Notes: generated from the letters alone by a model not told the origin. Shown: positions 37,801 through 46,812, counted from the stretch's first letter. The stretch: 64,000 nucleotides of DNA from Patescibacteria group bacterium (GCA_038058635.1 JBBUAP010000001.1:13606-77605), one strand, 5' to 3'. Made by a program: numbers and translations.

Positions 37801-39981
37801 AATGGTTGAAGCATAGTCAATCTTTTCCCATGTATTAACCGCTGGACTCGCAGGATTTAGATCGAAGGCATAAACATCGTTGGTCACTCGCTTAGCAATC
37901 CTTAAACCCGGTCTGTTAGTGTAGAGACAGGTTGATTGGTTAGTCTCGCAGTTAATGTTGTTTGGTGCTAGCATTACTGCCTGGTGATAATAGCCGCCGA
38001 TCATCACTAAACGCTGGTTAACTGAATCGTATACCATCGAAGCGCCAGCGCGCTTACCAGGATTTGTATTACTTGGGGCCTTAAAAGTCCAAGCGAGATT
38101 CTGATCAGCCACTTCCGGATCGTAGATCCATAATTGATCGGATTCCGAGGCGTAGCCGCCATCGTAGTCGTTCATATTCACAGCCCCGCCGTAGTAAGCT
38201 ATTTTCGGGCCATTTTGTTCAAAATAAGTATAAGCCATCTCCCGGATTGGCAATGGGCTCTGGCGGAGTTTGTCAACGGTGAAATTAGTGAAGGATGTAC
38301 CGCTGCCGAAATTAACATTCGTCACTTTACCCCAAACCGGCTTATTGGGCGCTTTCGTCAAGCTAACTAAGTCGCCGACAGCCGGACAGATGGTCGCACA
38401 ATCGTGTCCGTTGGCGGGAGTAATGACAGTACCATTACTACCAATGCTGACCGAATCTATTGAATTAGCTGTTGAGAACTGCGGCGGCGCAAGCACAACG
38501 ATCGTGTCAACATCCGCCCCGGTTACCCAACCACCCGAAGCTTTATGTGGCGTATTATAATAGTTACCACTGAGATCATCACCACTACCCAACTTGAAGT
38601 CAACGCTAATCGCATCGACACCGTTACTGGTTGTGATTGGACCGATTTTTGTGAACTCTGCACTGTACAGTCGTCCCTGGTCTTGACCTCGGTACTTAGT
38701 TTCTAGTGACAGTGGTTGCTGATTTTTGTCAAGCAACAGCAAGGTAATCGATTGATTGAGACGCAATCCCTCAAGTGAGCCATAAACAAAACCACTAATG
38801 GTAGCACTGTTACTTCCGCCGGAAAATGTTTGGTTGTTGTCGGCCAATTTAATAAACGAAAAAGATTTTGCTCCCTTAACGATCGCCGTTCTCCAGCCTG
38901 AATCGGCGCTCGTCATCACTGGCTGGCTTTTCTTCGCCCAAGCTAGCGTGGCGTTTTCGGCATCATCAGTTTTGTACGGTGTTGAAAGATCGTCAGCCTC
39001 CGGGGTGTCGTTCCAGAGAGAGGGCTGAAGCCATTTCAGTTTGTAGTCGGTCGAGTTAACGAATAGGTCGCCAAAGCCGTATTGATAAAGTTGCGCATCA
39101 GATATTGAGGCGTCAATCCAGACCTTGAAATTGTTTTCTTTAATCGTTTTTTCAAATTTCTCTCGTAAATCTGTCGCTGTAATCCTATCGAACTTCGAAC
39201 CTGGAATAGTTGGAGGAAGCCCTGTGTCACTCCAGCGCGGCAAATAAGGAATATAGACAAAATCGACATTCTTGTAAAACGAGCTTACCCCGTCGGTGTC
39301 TTTTCTGGTTAAGAACTGATCTTGTGGTCCGCCGAGCTTAACCGTCCAATAATTCAGATCTTTTTGTTTGGCGCCAACTGGGGCGAAGGGATTGTAGAAG
39401 TGTCCCATATTGGTCAGCTGGGAAACGGTTTTGGCTTTGTCGGTGTCCGGAAGGGCGCCGTTACCAGGAATAATCCCCAGCGGGGTGTCGTTGACGATAT
39501 TGGCGTAGTTAAAAATCATCGCTGGGTTGGCGTCGTTGGTCTGGTTTTGTAAATACTGGCCGTCATTGGTCCATGGCAGTAAGACGATGACGCCGTTACA
39601 CCGTGGCAGAGAGGTGGAAATCTTTTGGTAAGTGGAGACGATTTTGCGCGGGCTGGGGCGAAAGGGAGTTGAGATCGGGGTCGTTTCTTCATTTTTATCA
39701 AGATCGAAAACCGTCCCGGTCGTCGCCGGCGGCGTGCCAGCGGCCAGTTTTTCTTTGAGCTTGACCAAAGCCGAGTCAGCGGCAGATTTGGCGACAGTGG
39801 CGTTAGCAATTTTGTCGGTCGAGGCCAGTTGGTCAAACCTAACCGCAATCGACGCCAAAGTCGTCGTCGTCAAAATGGCGATAATCATTACAGTCAAAAG
39901 CAACGCTGAAGCTGGACGGTTACTTTGATTAAACATCGTCGCCTCCCTCGATTCGTCCTTGATTCTCACATTGCTGCGCAA
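34819..39981 (-). CDS. giant (1720 aa) membrane-anchored surface protein, last gene of the pilus-like operon
   Basis: N-terminal signal anchor ASALLLTVMIIAILTTTTLASIAV followed by about 1650 aa of Gly/Asn/Thr/Ser-rich beta-type sequence. No catalytic motif. Co-directional with, and 78 nt downstream of, the pilin-like genes. Confidence 0.55.
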   Translation of the reverse strand: MRSNVRIKDESREATMFNQSNRPASALLLTVMIIAILTTTTLASIAVRFDQLASTDKIANATVAKSAADSALVKLKEKLAAGTPPATTGTVFDLDKNEETTPISTPFRPSPRKIVSTYQKISTSLPRCNGVIVLLPWTNDGQYLQNQTNDANPAMIFNYANIVNDTPLGIIPGNGALPDTDKAKTVSQLTNMGHFYNPFAPVGAKQKDLNYWTVKLGGPQDQFLTRKDTDGVSSFYKNVDFVYIPYLPRWSDTGLPPTIPGSKFDRITATDLREKFEKTIKENNFKVWIDASISDAQLYQYGFGDLFVNSTDYKLKWLQPSLWNDTPEADDLSTPYKTDDAENATLAWAKKSQPVMTSADSGWRTAIVKGAKSFSFIKLADNNQTFSGGSNSATISGFVYGSLEGLRLNQSITLLLLDKNQQPLSLETKYRGQDQGRLYSAEFTKIGPITTSNGVDAISVDFKLGSGDDLSGNYYNTPHKASGGWVTGADVDTIVVLAPPQFSTANSIDSVSIGSNGTVITPANGHDCATICPAVGDLVSLTKAPNKPVWGKVTNVNFGSGTSFTNFTVDKLRQSPLPIREMAYTYFEQNGPKIAYYGGAVNMNDYDGGYASESDQLWIYDPEVADQNLAWTFKAPSNTNPGKRAGASMVYDSVNQRLVMIGGYYHQAVMLAPNNINCETNQSTCLYTNRPGLRIAKRVTNDVYAFDLNPASPAVNTWEKIDYASTIDVTKKIQSGLRYTVRVTSTLADRSGLERWNWIVKNKPGESQDLVVDGTASSLIYLNPAVAGLAKGDEVYLYGNKADDSKFYAWGKVKNVYNNNNMVELMVYGYNGSEGSITMKSLAIQVVKRQITTNTCVGGIDAGHYFCQLDSSGDSTGYAVGDSVVLEQYDATSLTNTLSGFINYIDIYGKAYFVSDETKSAVADFVVQDQGSAIAASDSAIAFPSPRYGATLALQPLAPTKASYWEGAAKNINYNLRFADLWNVEFKNKATNPGPLSAAWLPQPTDNTIDPNFTTSSVYNFQVIRSNYTYQVATSNITGGGVNLGAVKDKDYTDRNNITYKIWDDSKKWRMEIDPNDADKVVVGAWATLERRTSDGSRETFHGIVEDMFTNSPCGVVYETKQLCLRHNPDYPGDSGLSGDSKNVKVTMTPSFDTTTTIGGTFKGYSDHVSLQNVPNLGRVPGVGAMVMIWLNTGNPPGTFPVNAYTFIVTRRTFVNNTFNIYFDKLIASPHPFGYSSSQIANAGGTDRLVTITDHQMNYYDSTNAPEWVKDVVGNGAWKIRLSAKNPTLLYRPSPRRAGAVASIFTAGARVIQNASKLFMVGGTFGQYGSLWKQDNAGANPTFGNAAWTPQYVSPNSASDIPNLFGGSLVAYKSGGLTKLVYFGGKQKTDISSADYGSSIGAKMLGRPDSGNNIDNSFYIIDNFAANDPTAVSLTKTIEDNATGWPSGVDKSLKFQGSDRGTNKVCTYLGQVNGSAGTVCSSKPLLSQLGGMGRNNSQIDSNDPNPYNGWSWGRTAILSDLGARFKSQGSTPLASLIMSVPTLSGAGVNGRWDQDGYRPYRCDKLLSFGCTATTLYGRATTNYGDKSAGLVAYTAINNATDKGGAILATSVGVGNAIASSRGGSTGTTAGWYSYCAKSDIKKDANGDPELLNNLYQCKSDATRYLPTLPDAEDLLFVLNAAQALGATDTYKVVGYYGGVKRGYLVTSVSGTLPKVYEIVP

Positions 39982-40058
39982 GGTTCGAATTAATCATCAC
40001 GGTAAGGAGAAGTGCGGATCCTGTTTTTGACAGTTCTTGTTCGTACATCTTTTTCATT

Positions 40059-41732
40059 TTAACCGGGCTCCAATCCACCGCCACAAACTGCAAGTGGGTC
40101 GCTGATAGTCAGATTAAAACTTTTGGTTGCGGTTTTAAGTGGGTCGGCGTTATCACGCACCCTAATGGTGAGACTATAAGAGTAAGGATACAATTTGCCG
40201 GCATCACAAGTCGGAGTACCGGAGATTATACCGCCAGTACTTAAAGCCAGCCCTGGCGGTAAACTGCCGGAATCAACTGTCCAAGTGTAAGATCCGCTCC
40301 CGCTAGCGGTCAGTTGGAATGGGACATAGACAGCATTGATACTGCCACTTGGCAGAGGGCTTGATGTCGTAATTGTCAGTGTTTGGCCACCACTTGGCGA
40401 GACCGTTAGAGAGAAAGTTTTCTCCGCATAGTTAGTTAGATTACTACTTTCGGCAGCCCTGATAAGGAAGCTGTAAACGCCAGCCGTCGTGGGAGTGCCG
40501 TCAATTTTACCACCAGCACTCATACTCATGCCGTTAGGCAAACCGCCGGATATAATCGTCCAGGTGCAGCTGCAAGGCATGGCAGGATCAACGCCTCTAT
40601 CAGCTTTTAATTGTCCCCCGGGTAATAGCACCCCCGGATTGTAACTTACTCCCACGGTGGCGTCTGGCAGTGGGGTAGTAGTTGTGATTACTATTTGATC
40701 ATCAATGACAAAGATCGACAGAGGTTGGGAGGCAGTACCAATGATGGGGGTGGCACTATCCGTAACCGTCACAGTAAAGTTATAGGTATGGCCAGCAGTG
40801 GGCGGGTTTGGTGTACCGGTAATTACTCCGGTAGTCGTCGACAAAGCCAGACCGTTGGGCAGAGACCCTGAAGTTATCGCCCAAGTGTATGGTGGCATAC
40901 CACCACTAACGACAACGCTTGTAGCATATGGCGGAGTACCGGCATGAGCATTCGGCAAGGTTGTCGTCTCAATTTTGAAAACGACTGTTGCTTCGTTGAC
41001 CAAGCCAATCGGCAATCCCTCCTGAATGGTTAGGGTTGGTTTTCGGGCCTCGCTAGTGCCGCCACTGCCTTTTTGGGCCGCCTCCAGCGTCAGCGAATAG
41101 CGCAGGAGCTGTTTGGTCACACAGGAGGAGGTAATGGTAGTGCAACCAACACTTTTCACTGCAAACTGGGCGGCTTTAACCACGGCCTGAACATTGGTTA
41201 GGCGATTTTGATAAATCGGACTAGTTGTCGGACAGAGACCGCCGGAATCGACATTATAAATCAGGATAGCGATGACTGTTCCGACTTTATTGATGGTATA
41301 TTTCTCCTCGCCTGTGGAGTCGGTAGTGGCGATGGCTCGGCCGATCACAGTACAGGTGTTGCCGGATTGTAAGTCGGAAAAAGCTTTGACCTGAATGGCG
41401 GCAAATGTCGTACCACCGTCGTTGGGAATAATTGGGGTGACTGCACCAACTGGAGCGTTAGCGACAGTTCGCCGAATGGCCTCGCCCACCCCGCGAGTGC
41501 TCTCGCTAATCGATGAACGGGCATCGGCTTTTTGAATCATGCCGTTAGTACCGACAACGGCGAATAGAGCAATACTTAAGGCGACAAGCAGTAAGGCGAC
41601 ACTGACAATAAGCTCAATCAAGGTGAATGCTCGGGTACGAGAATTTCTAATTTCGAATTTCGAATTTCGAAAATTTTGAGTTTTGAGTTTTAGTTTTGAC
41701 TTTTGACTTTTGACTTTTAAGTTAACTTTCAT
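40059..41732 (-). CDS. prepilin-like protein with a 35-aa Lys-rich leader and tandem Ig-like (He_PIG/cadherin-like) repeats
   Basis: Start at MKVNLK, overlapping the upstream stop (ATGA). Leader MKVNLKVKSQKSKLKLKTQNFRNSKFEIRNSRTRA then FTLIELIVSVALLLVAL. Three LPNGLALS..G.I.GTP repeats. Confidence 0.6.
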   Translation of the reverse strand: MKVNLKVKSQKSKLKLKTQNFRNSKFEIRNSRTRAFTLIELIVSVALLLVALSIALFAVVGTNGMIQKADARSSISESTRGVGEAIRRTVANAPVGAVTPIIPNDGGTTFAAIQVKAFSDLQSGNTCTVIGRAIATTDSTGEEKYTINKVGTVIAILIYNVDSGGLCPTTSPIYQNRLTNVQAVVKAAQFAVKSVGCTTITSSCVTKQLLRYSLTLEAAQKGSGGTSEARKPTLTIQEGLPIGLVNEATVVFKIETTTLPNAHAGTPPYATSVVVSGGMPPYTWAITSGSLPNGLALSTTTGVITGTPNPPTAGHTYNFTVTVTDSATPIIGTASQPLSIFVIDDQIVITTTTPLPDATVGVSYNPGVLLPGGQLKADRGVDPAMPCSCTWTIISGGLPNGMSMSAGGKIDGTPTTAGVYSFLIRAAESSNLTNYAEKTFSLTVSPSGGQTLTITTSSPLPSGSINAVYVPFQLTASGSGSYTWTVDSGSLPPGLALSTGGIISGTPTCDAGKLYPYSYSLTIRVRDNADPLKTATKSFNLTISDPLAVCGGGLEPG

Positions 41733-42193
41733 TCTATTATCCTCGCCGTAGTCATCTGTCTCTGCACCCCTTTGCCCCAAGAGGTGGTGGCGTTGACGAG
41801 GTAGCTAGTACCGGTCAAACGGATGACGACTGATGGCACAAATTGTAGTTTGCTCGTTCCAATTTGAATAGTGGCTTTGGTTTTCTGTAGGACACAGGAT
41901 CCGCTGGTGTCCACCGGGCAGACAACATAGCAAGTTTTACCTTCGCCAATACAATCAAGACCGGGGGGGGCTGGAGTGCCGTAGGTCGTTGCGAAATTTG
42001 CTCCTTTAGTCCTTTTCTCCAGCGCCACGAAAGAGAGTGACTGCTCGTTCAATCCTAGGGCAATTTGTTTGAGCTCCGTCGTTTCGGTCAGCCGGGCGGC
42101 GGCGTTATTGAGCGTTGCCATGGCCACCCCGACCATAATCAAAAAGGCAATCGCAAAAATCACCTCGATTAATGAGAATGATCGCTTCATCAT
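41729..42193 (-). CDS. minor pilin/pseudopilin-like protein
   Basis: MMKRS then FSLIEVIFAIAFLIMV class III-type N-terminus with E5. 154 aa. Start overlaps the upstream stop by 4 nt. Confidence 0.6.
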   Translation of the reverse strand: MMKRSFSLIEVIFAIAFLIMVGVAMATLNNAAARLTETTELKQIALGLNEQSLSFVALEKRTKGANFATTYGTPAPPGLDCIGEGKTCYVVCPVDTSGSCVLQKTKATIQIGTSKLQFVPSVVIRLTGTSYLVNATTSWGKGVQRQMTTARIIE

Positions 42194-43530
42194 TGTGGGG
42201 TTTCCACACAGGGATTAATTATTTGAGCCAACCCCCGACCAACGAACAATTGGGCTAATCTGTTCTTCAAGCGATCGGTAGACCTAGTAATTGGAACAAT
42301 CGGATTGCAGGCGGTGGCGTTACCGCCCGGGTCAATCTGCACAATCGGCGGTGGCAGGACATCGCTGGGCGGGTCAGAGATTATCGAGCCGCAAGAAAGG
42401 ACGAAGTCCTTAGACCTCGGTTTGAGTCGGAGGTCAGTCAGATTATCACGACCATTGACCGAAGGCTGAGTAAGCTTAATTGCATCAAGTGCTGATACTA
42501 TCACGGTCACTGTTTTGGGTTGGTTGGCAACTGTAAAAGTGTCAGTCGTAAATTGGAAGCGAACCGGGTATTTGGTTGGGTCACCAGGGTCATATGGAGC
42601 CAGGTCATAAAAGTAGCTGATAGCTAGTGGCTGTGAAGGCGCCGTACCAACTTTCCATTCAATGTTGTAGGCAACAAATAAATTAGGGTCGCCTTCGGAG
42701 GTAGCGTCATTAACCCGGTCATTGGCTCTCGGATAGCTTATGGTGATATCTGATTGCGAAGTACCACAGGCAACTGATACCGTAAATTTGCTCGCATCAG
42801 CCACATCGGTCCATTTTGGAACGAGATCGTCAACAACTGGCGTGAAATAACTTTGGGGGTTAGAGCGAGAGATAGCGACTTGATGAGTGACACGATCGAG
42901 CGTCACATAGCGTTTGTCGCCGACTTTTTGGCTTCCTAGAGTGACAACTAAATAGCGAGCGACGGTGGCGCCGTTATCTTTGTCTTTGCCTGCCCAGTTG
43001 GCCAAGAAAAGTTGGCCAGATTTGAACGCCGGGTTGGCAAAACTGCCACAACTGAAGCCGTTCTCGCCGACGGCAAATCGTATCACCGCCTGGTCGTCAT
43101 CGACAGTTTGATTGGAGGGGTAGAACGACGAAACATAAATTCCGCGCGGCAATTTGATGTTGCGCAGGGTGGTAAATCCGCCCGGCACATCACTGCCATC
43201 GCATTGGACTAGCCCGCGTTCGAGAGCGACGGTGTTGGTCGTCACTTCGCCGTTAGCCGTACCGTTGGTGGCGGCTTTGGTAAACTTGCCGAACGAGACC
43301 TGGAACACCTGTGGAGCGCCCGAGCTGTCGTTTTTGTCCGGTGCTTGAGAGCGAGTCTGGGCTTCGATAATCACCTGACGAACTTGGCTGGCGCTGGAAT
43401 CCAATAACATTCGATCGCTCCGATTGAAGAAATTGGGGATACTAGTAATGCCAATAACGGTGATGACGGCAATCACCACTAAAAGCTCGACCAGGGAGTA
43501 GGCAGAACGATTAGTAGGCCACGACAACAT
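42190..43530 (-). CDS. prepilin-like protein (large)
   Basis: ...TNRSA then YSLVELLVVIAVITVIGI N-terminus. Start ambiguous (ATGs at 43593, 43548, 43530), all overlapping the upstream gene end. Confidence 0.5.
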   Translation of the reverse strand: MLSWPTNRSAYSLVELLVVIAVITVIGITSIPNFFNRSDRMLLDSSASQVRQVIIEAQTRSQAPDKNDSSGAPQVFQVSFGKFTKAATNGTANGEVTTNTVALERGLVQCDGSDVPGGFTTLRNIKLPRGIYVSSFYPSNQTVDDDQAVIRFAVGENGFSCGSFANPAFKSGQLFLANWAGKDKDNGATVARYLVVTLGSQKVGDKRYVTLDRVTHQVAISRSNPQSYFTPVVDDLVPKWTDVADASKFTVSVACGTSQSDITISYPRANDRVNDATSEGDPNLFVAYNIEWKVGTAPSQPLAISYFYDLAPYDPGDPTKYPVRFQFTTDTFTVANQPKTVTVIVSALDAIKLTQPSVNGRDNLTDLRLKPRSKDFVLSCGSIISDPPSDVLPPPIVQIDPGGNATACNPIVPITRSTDRLKNRLAQLFVGRGLAQIINPCVETPQ

Positions 43531-44452
43531 CGAGGTCTCCTGCCACATCTTTGCAATCTGGGTTAGCAATATAGCTACTTGCACTACTGACAATTGGCTC
43601 GTAAGTTACTTTATTATCGGGAGTAATAACCGAGCTATCCGCAGACTTTCTTTTGCATTGGTACAGGTATTTGCCGTCATAAACATTAGCACCGCCCAGG
43701 ACATATAGAGAACCGTAAAAGTTGTAATTAATGTCAGTCAGGACATTGGAATCTGAATCTGAATCGTCGTCAAGATGGCGAACAACTGAACCAGAGCCAC
43801 GATAGTAGCGTTTTAGCGCAGTAGTTTGGTTGAATAAGAAACTTGCGTCAGAGTCGGTAGCCGAGTTTTCTAGATTTGAGGTCACGACCACATCGCCATA
43901 GTCATAAGAAACTCGATACTGGTATTTATCCCAAGCATTGGCCGACATCGGCTTGGGATCGGCCAGCAGGCGGTCCATATAACGCAGGCAGATCAGAAAA
44001 TGATTTACTGAAACGAACCCAGGCTTGAGCGTAATCTTTGGCGCACCCGCCGTCGCATTATTAAGTTGATCGATTGTTGGGTCGAGTGGGTTAGTGCTGG
44101 AGAATTGGGCGGAGTCGCCGCCGCTAGCTGGTAAACCATTGCAGGCCACAATATCGGTGCCGAGACCGAAGTTTGAGTTAATATTCAAGTCGGTTGCGTT
44201 GCCCTGATCGCCTAGGCTAAATGTCGGATTCGGATAAATCTTGAAGTCGGCTTTGAACAGATTGATTCCTGATAAGAAACTGTTGATCTCGGCTTTGCGT
44301 TTGGCATCACGACTCCGTTTCTGAACCGGCACAACGGCGACCGTTACTAGGGTGATCAGTATGCCGATAATGGTAATGACAACCAACAATTCGATCAGCG
44401 TGAACGCAGATCGAGAATTTAGAATTTTGAATTTAGAATTTAGAATTTTCAT
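43511..44452 (-). CDS. type IV pilin-like protein (probable major subunit) with a repetitive Lys-rich leader
   Basis: MKILNSKFKILNSRSA then FTLIELLVVITIIGILITL. The leader is encoded by (AAATTCT)5 on the coding strand. Confidence 0.65.
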   Translation of the reverse strand: MKILNSKFKILNSRSAFTLIELLVVITIIGILITLVTVAVVPVQKRSRDAKRKAEINSFLSGINLFKADFKIYPNPTFSLGDQGNATDLNINSNFGLGTDIVACNGLPASGGDSAQFSSTNPLDPTIDQLNNATAGAPKITLKPGFVSVNHFLICLRYMDRLLADPKPMSANAWDKYQYRVSYDYGDVVVTSNLENSATDSDASFLFNQTTALKRYYRGSGSVVRHLDDDSDSDSNVLTDINYNFYGSLYVLGGANVYDGKYLYQCKRKSADSSVITPDNKVTYEPIVSSASSYIANPDCKDVAGDLDVVVAY

Positions 44453-44564
44453 TTCCCCTCGAATTCCATACTAACAGGATTCATGACTTACTTCTTGATT
44501 CTTGATTCATAACTGCGAGGCATTGCCGAGAAGCGAGCGTTAGCGACATTCTTGATTCTTCCTG

Positions 44565-45770
44565 CTAGAATGATCCCGTTAAGCTGTAGATTGGTTGAAG
44601 AACAGATATAACAATAAACGCCACTGCTCCACCGAGGATGACGATGATAAAAGGCTCGATAAGAGCCGAGAAAGTGCGCAGTTTACCGTCGACTTCCTGC
44701 TCAAAATAATCCGCCAAGGTTGAGGCCGAGCCGCCCAAATCGCCTGACTGCTGACCAACAAAAAGTAACTGGGTCATCATCTTTGGGAAATATTTGTTAT
44801 CTTGCATCGTTGAAGTCACGGCCGCGCCTTGTTCGAGCGAGTGCATTAGTAATTTGAGCGTCCGGCGGAAGATTGTATTAGGGGTGGAGTCGGCGATGAT
44901 GCCAACGGCTTCCAGAATCGGCACGCCTGCCGCCAGCAATAGTGACAGCGTTCGATTGAAACGAGCCAGATAAACCTGGAGAGTCAGCGGTCCGAAGATC
45001 GGAAAATGTAATCCGAGATAGCTACTAACTTCCTTGCCTGGCTTGGTCATGGTGAAGAGTTTGATAATTACGACCAGCCCGATGACGATAGCAATCAACA
45101 GTACCCACTCGTTAATCAAAAAGTCGGTGATCGCTAGTAAAATCTTCGTCGAAACCGGCAATTCGGTTTCTTGGGAGCTGAAAATGTCTTTAATCGGCGG
45201 GATAACTTTGGTCAAGATAATTGCTCCGACGACAATCATCACCACGAAGATAAATGCCGGGTAAATCATCGCCCCACGAACCTTGCCGACGAACTCGGCC
45301 GCTCGAGCGGTGCTCGAGGCCAAATCGTCCAGAACCTTAACCATGTTACCCGTCGCTTCACCAGCTCGGACTACCCCAACCTCCACTTCGGGAAAGGTCT
45401 TGGGCTGACCAGCCATTGCCACCGACAGCGCAAAGCCGTTTTCCAGCGACTGGTGGATTTGACGCATCACTTTGCGGAGTCGCTTGTTCGGTGTCTCGGC
45501 GACTATATCAATTGCTTGAGTAATACCAACGCCAGCTTTCAACATTGTTGAAAGCTCCCGGTACATAATCGACCGGTCTTTGGCCGAAACTTTGCCGGCC
45601 GAGAACTTGCCTAAAACCGACCCCTCTTCAACGATCGAGATGACAGTGTAATTGCGGCTTTGAAGTAGCCGACGAACTGCCGCAAGCGTACCAGTCGCTC
45701 GGCCAGAGCGGATATGACCTTTTTCATCTTTGACTTTATACCGAAAAAAAGGCTTTGCTGTTTTCTTCAT
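44565..45770 (-). CDS. pilC: type IV pilus assembly platform protein PilC (GspF family)
   Basis: Two GspF-type repeats and three TM segments. Start at MKKTAK with GGAGGG immediately upstream, inside ORF 44565..45911. Confidence 0.8.
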   Translation of the reverse strand: MKKTAKPFFRYKVKDEKGHIRSGRATGTLAAVRRLLQSRNYTVISIVEEGSVLGKFSAGKVSAKDRSIMYRELSTMLKAGVGITQAIDIVAETPNKRLRKVMRQIHQSLENGFALSVAMAGQPKTFPEVEVGVVRAGEATGNMVKVLDDLASSTARAAEFVGKVRGAMIYPAFIFVVMIVVGAIILTKVIPPIKDIFSSQETELPVSTKILLAITDFLINEWVLLIAIVIGLVVIIKLFTMTKPGKEVSSYLGLHFPIFGPLTLQVYLARFNRTLSLLLAAGVPILEAVGIIADSTPNTIFRRTLKLLMHSLEQGAAVTSTMQDNKYFPKMMTQLLFVGQQSGDLGGSASTLADYFEQEVDGKLRTFSALIEPFIIVILGGAVAFIVISVLQPIYSLTGSF

Positions 45771-45824
45771 CCCTCCATAAAAAAGTGTAAAGCATTGAAG
45801 GGGAATTAGAAATACTAGAAAGAC

Positions 45825-45915
45825 ATACGGGCGCTTGAAATACATCGCTACGAGCGGGACTTGGAGTACCAAAAGCCCGTATCGATATATTTCAAGCGCC
45901 CGTATCGACATATAT
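45825..45915. promoter_or_regulatory. 18-bp perfect inverted repeat plus direct repeats in the pilC/PRC-barrel divergent intergenic region
   Basis: atacgggcgcttgaaata (45825..45842) and its reverse complement tatttcaagcgcccgtat (45888..45905). Also direct repeats gcccgtatcga(t/c)atat, two copies 23 nt apart. Confidence 0.45.
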
Positions 45916-45972
45916 TAAGTTTTCGTATCTCATCACTTGAAACTTGCCAGTTGATGCTGAATACTTGATGTA

Positions 45973-46476
45973 ATGATCTTGGAGGTCTCGCAATTATTAA
46001 GTGCGGCGGTCCGTTCGGCTGATGGCAAGAAAATTGCTTCGGTTGATCGGGTGATTATTGACGGCCGCGACGCTCGTATCGCCGGATTTCAAACCAGTGC
46101 TCGGACGGTCTTAACGCGTTTTGGCCGAATTGATTACGTTGACACCCTGGCGGTGGAGAGGGGTGAAGTCGTGATTGATGGCGATAAGGTAATTCAGAAA
46201 GATTTGAAACCGTTTGATTTGTTGCGACGACAGTACGGCGTCGTTTTGGGCGTGACTGCTAAGACTGAATCGGGTCGCAAAATCGGTAAAGTTACTGACC
46301 TAGCGATTGATGCCGACACCGGGCTGATTGTCCGCTTTTACCTCGGCCAGTTCCTGAATGAGCGGATTATTCCTCGTCAATTTCTGGTTTCTATCACCCC
46401 TAAACAAGTTGTATTTAAGGATATCGTCATCGCTCCGACTTTCGACCAGATTGCCGTTAGCCAGTCCGCCGCCTAG
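45973..46476 (+). CDS. PRC-barrel domain protein
   Basis: Two PRC-barrel-like segments (VDRVIIDGRDARIAGFQ and GKVTDLAIDADTGLIVRFYL). Confidence 0.45.
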   Translation: MILEVSQLLSAAVRSADGKKIASVDRVIIDGRDARIAGFQTSARTVLTRFGRIDYVDTLAVERGEVVIDGDKVIQKDLKPFDLLRRQYGVVLGVTAKTESGRKIGKVTDLAIDADTGLIVRFYLGQFLNERIIPRQFLVSITPKQVVFKDIVIAPTFDQIAVSQSAA

Positions 46477-46511
46477 AAATCTCTATTTTTCCGGTCATAT
46501 GGATTGACTAA

Positions 46512-46796
46512 ATGCAATTATTTCCATATACTTACCCTGCCTTGATCCTGCCCGAGGAGACACCTATGGAAAATATTCATGTGGTTAACAAAAAGCTTGG
46601 GAAAGGGGAAGTTCGCCTTGAGTGTGGGGAAATATTACGGACACCTCACCGCAGAACGATCGATGATCTCCCATCGCTAGACGGCGAAGGAGTCTGTCTC
46701 GATTGCCGACGCCAATGGAACAAGGAAGTTTTGAATCACTCTCCCGAGTATGTCACCGGCACGATCGTCAAACGACCATTTGCCGCTGCCGCCTAG
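46512..46796 (+). CDS. small zinc-ribbon protein (hypothetical)
   Basis: CxxC pairs: RLECGE and VCLDCRRQ. Confidence 0.35.
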   Translation: MQLFPYTYPALILPEETPMENIHVVNKKLGKGEVRLECGEILRTPHRRTIDDLPSLDGEGVCLDCRRQWNKEVLNHSPEYVTGTIVKRPFAAAA

Positions 46797-46812
46797 CCCC
46801 CGCCCGAATCAT

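Noticed and set aside
41600-44460. CRISPR array
   Set aside because: The short tandem repeats here are 7-nt units inside pilin coding sequence, not 25 to 40-nt repeats with spacers. No CRISPR-like architecture anywhere in the window.
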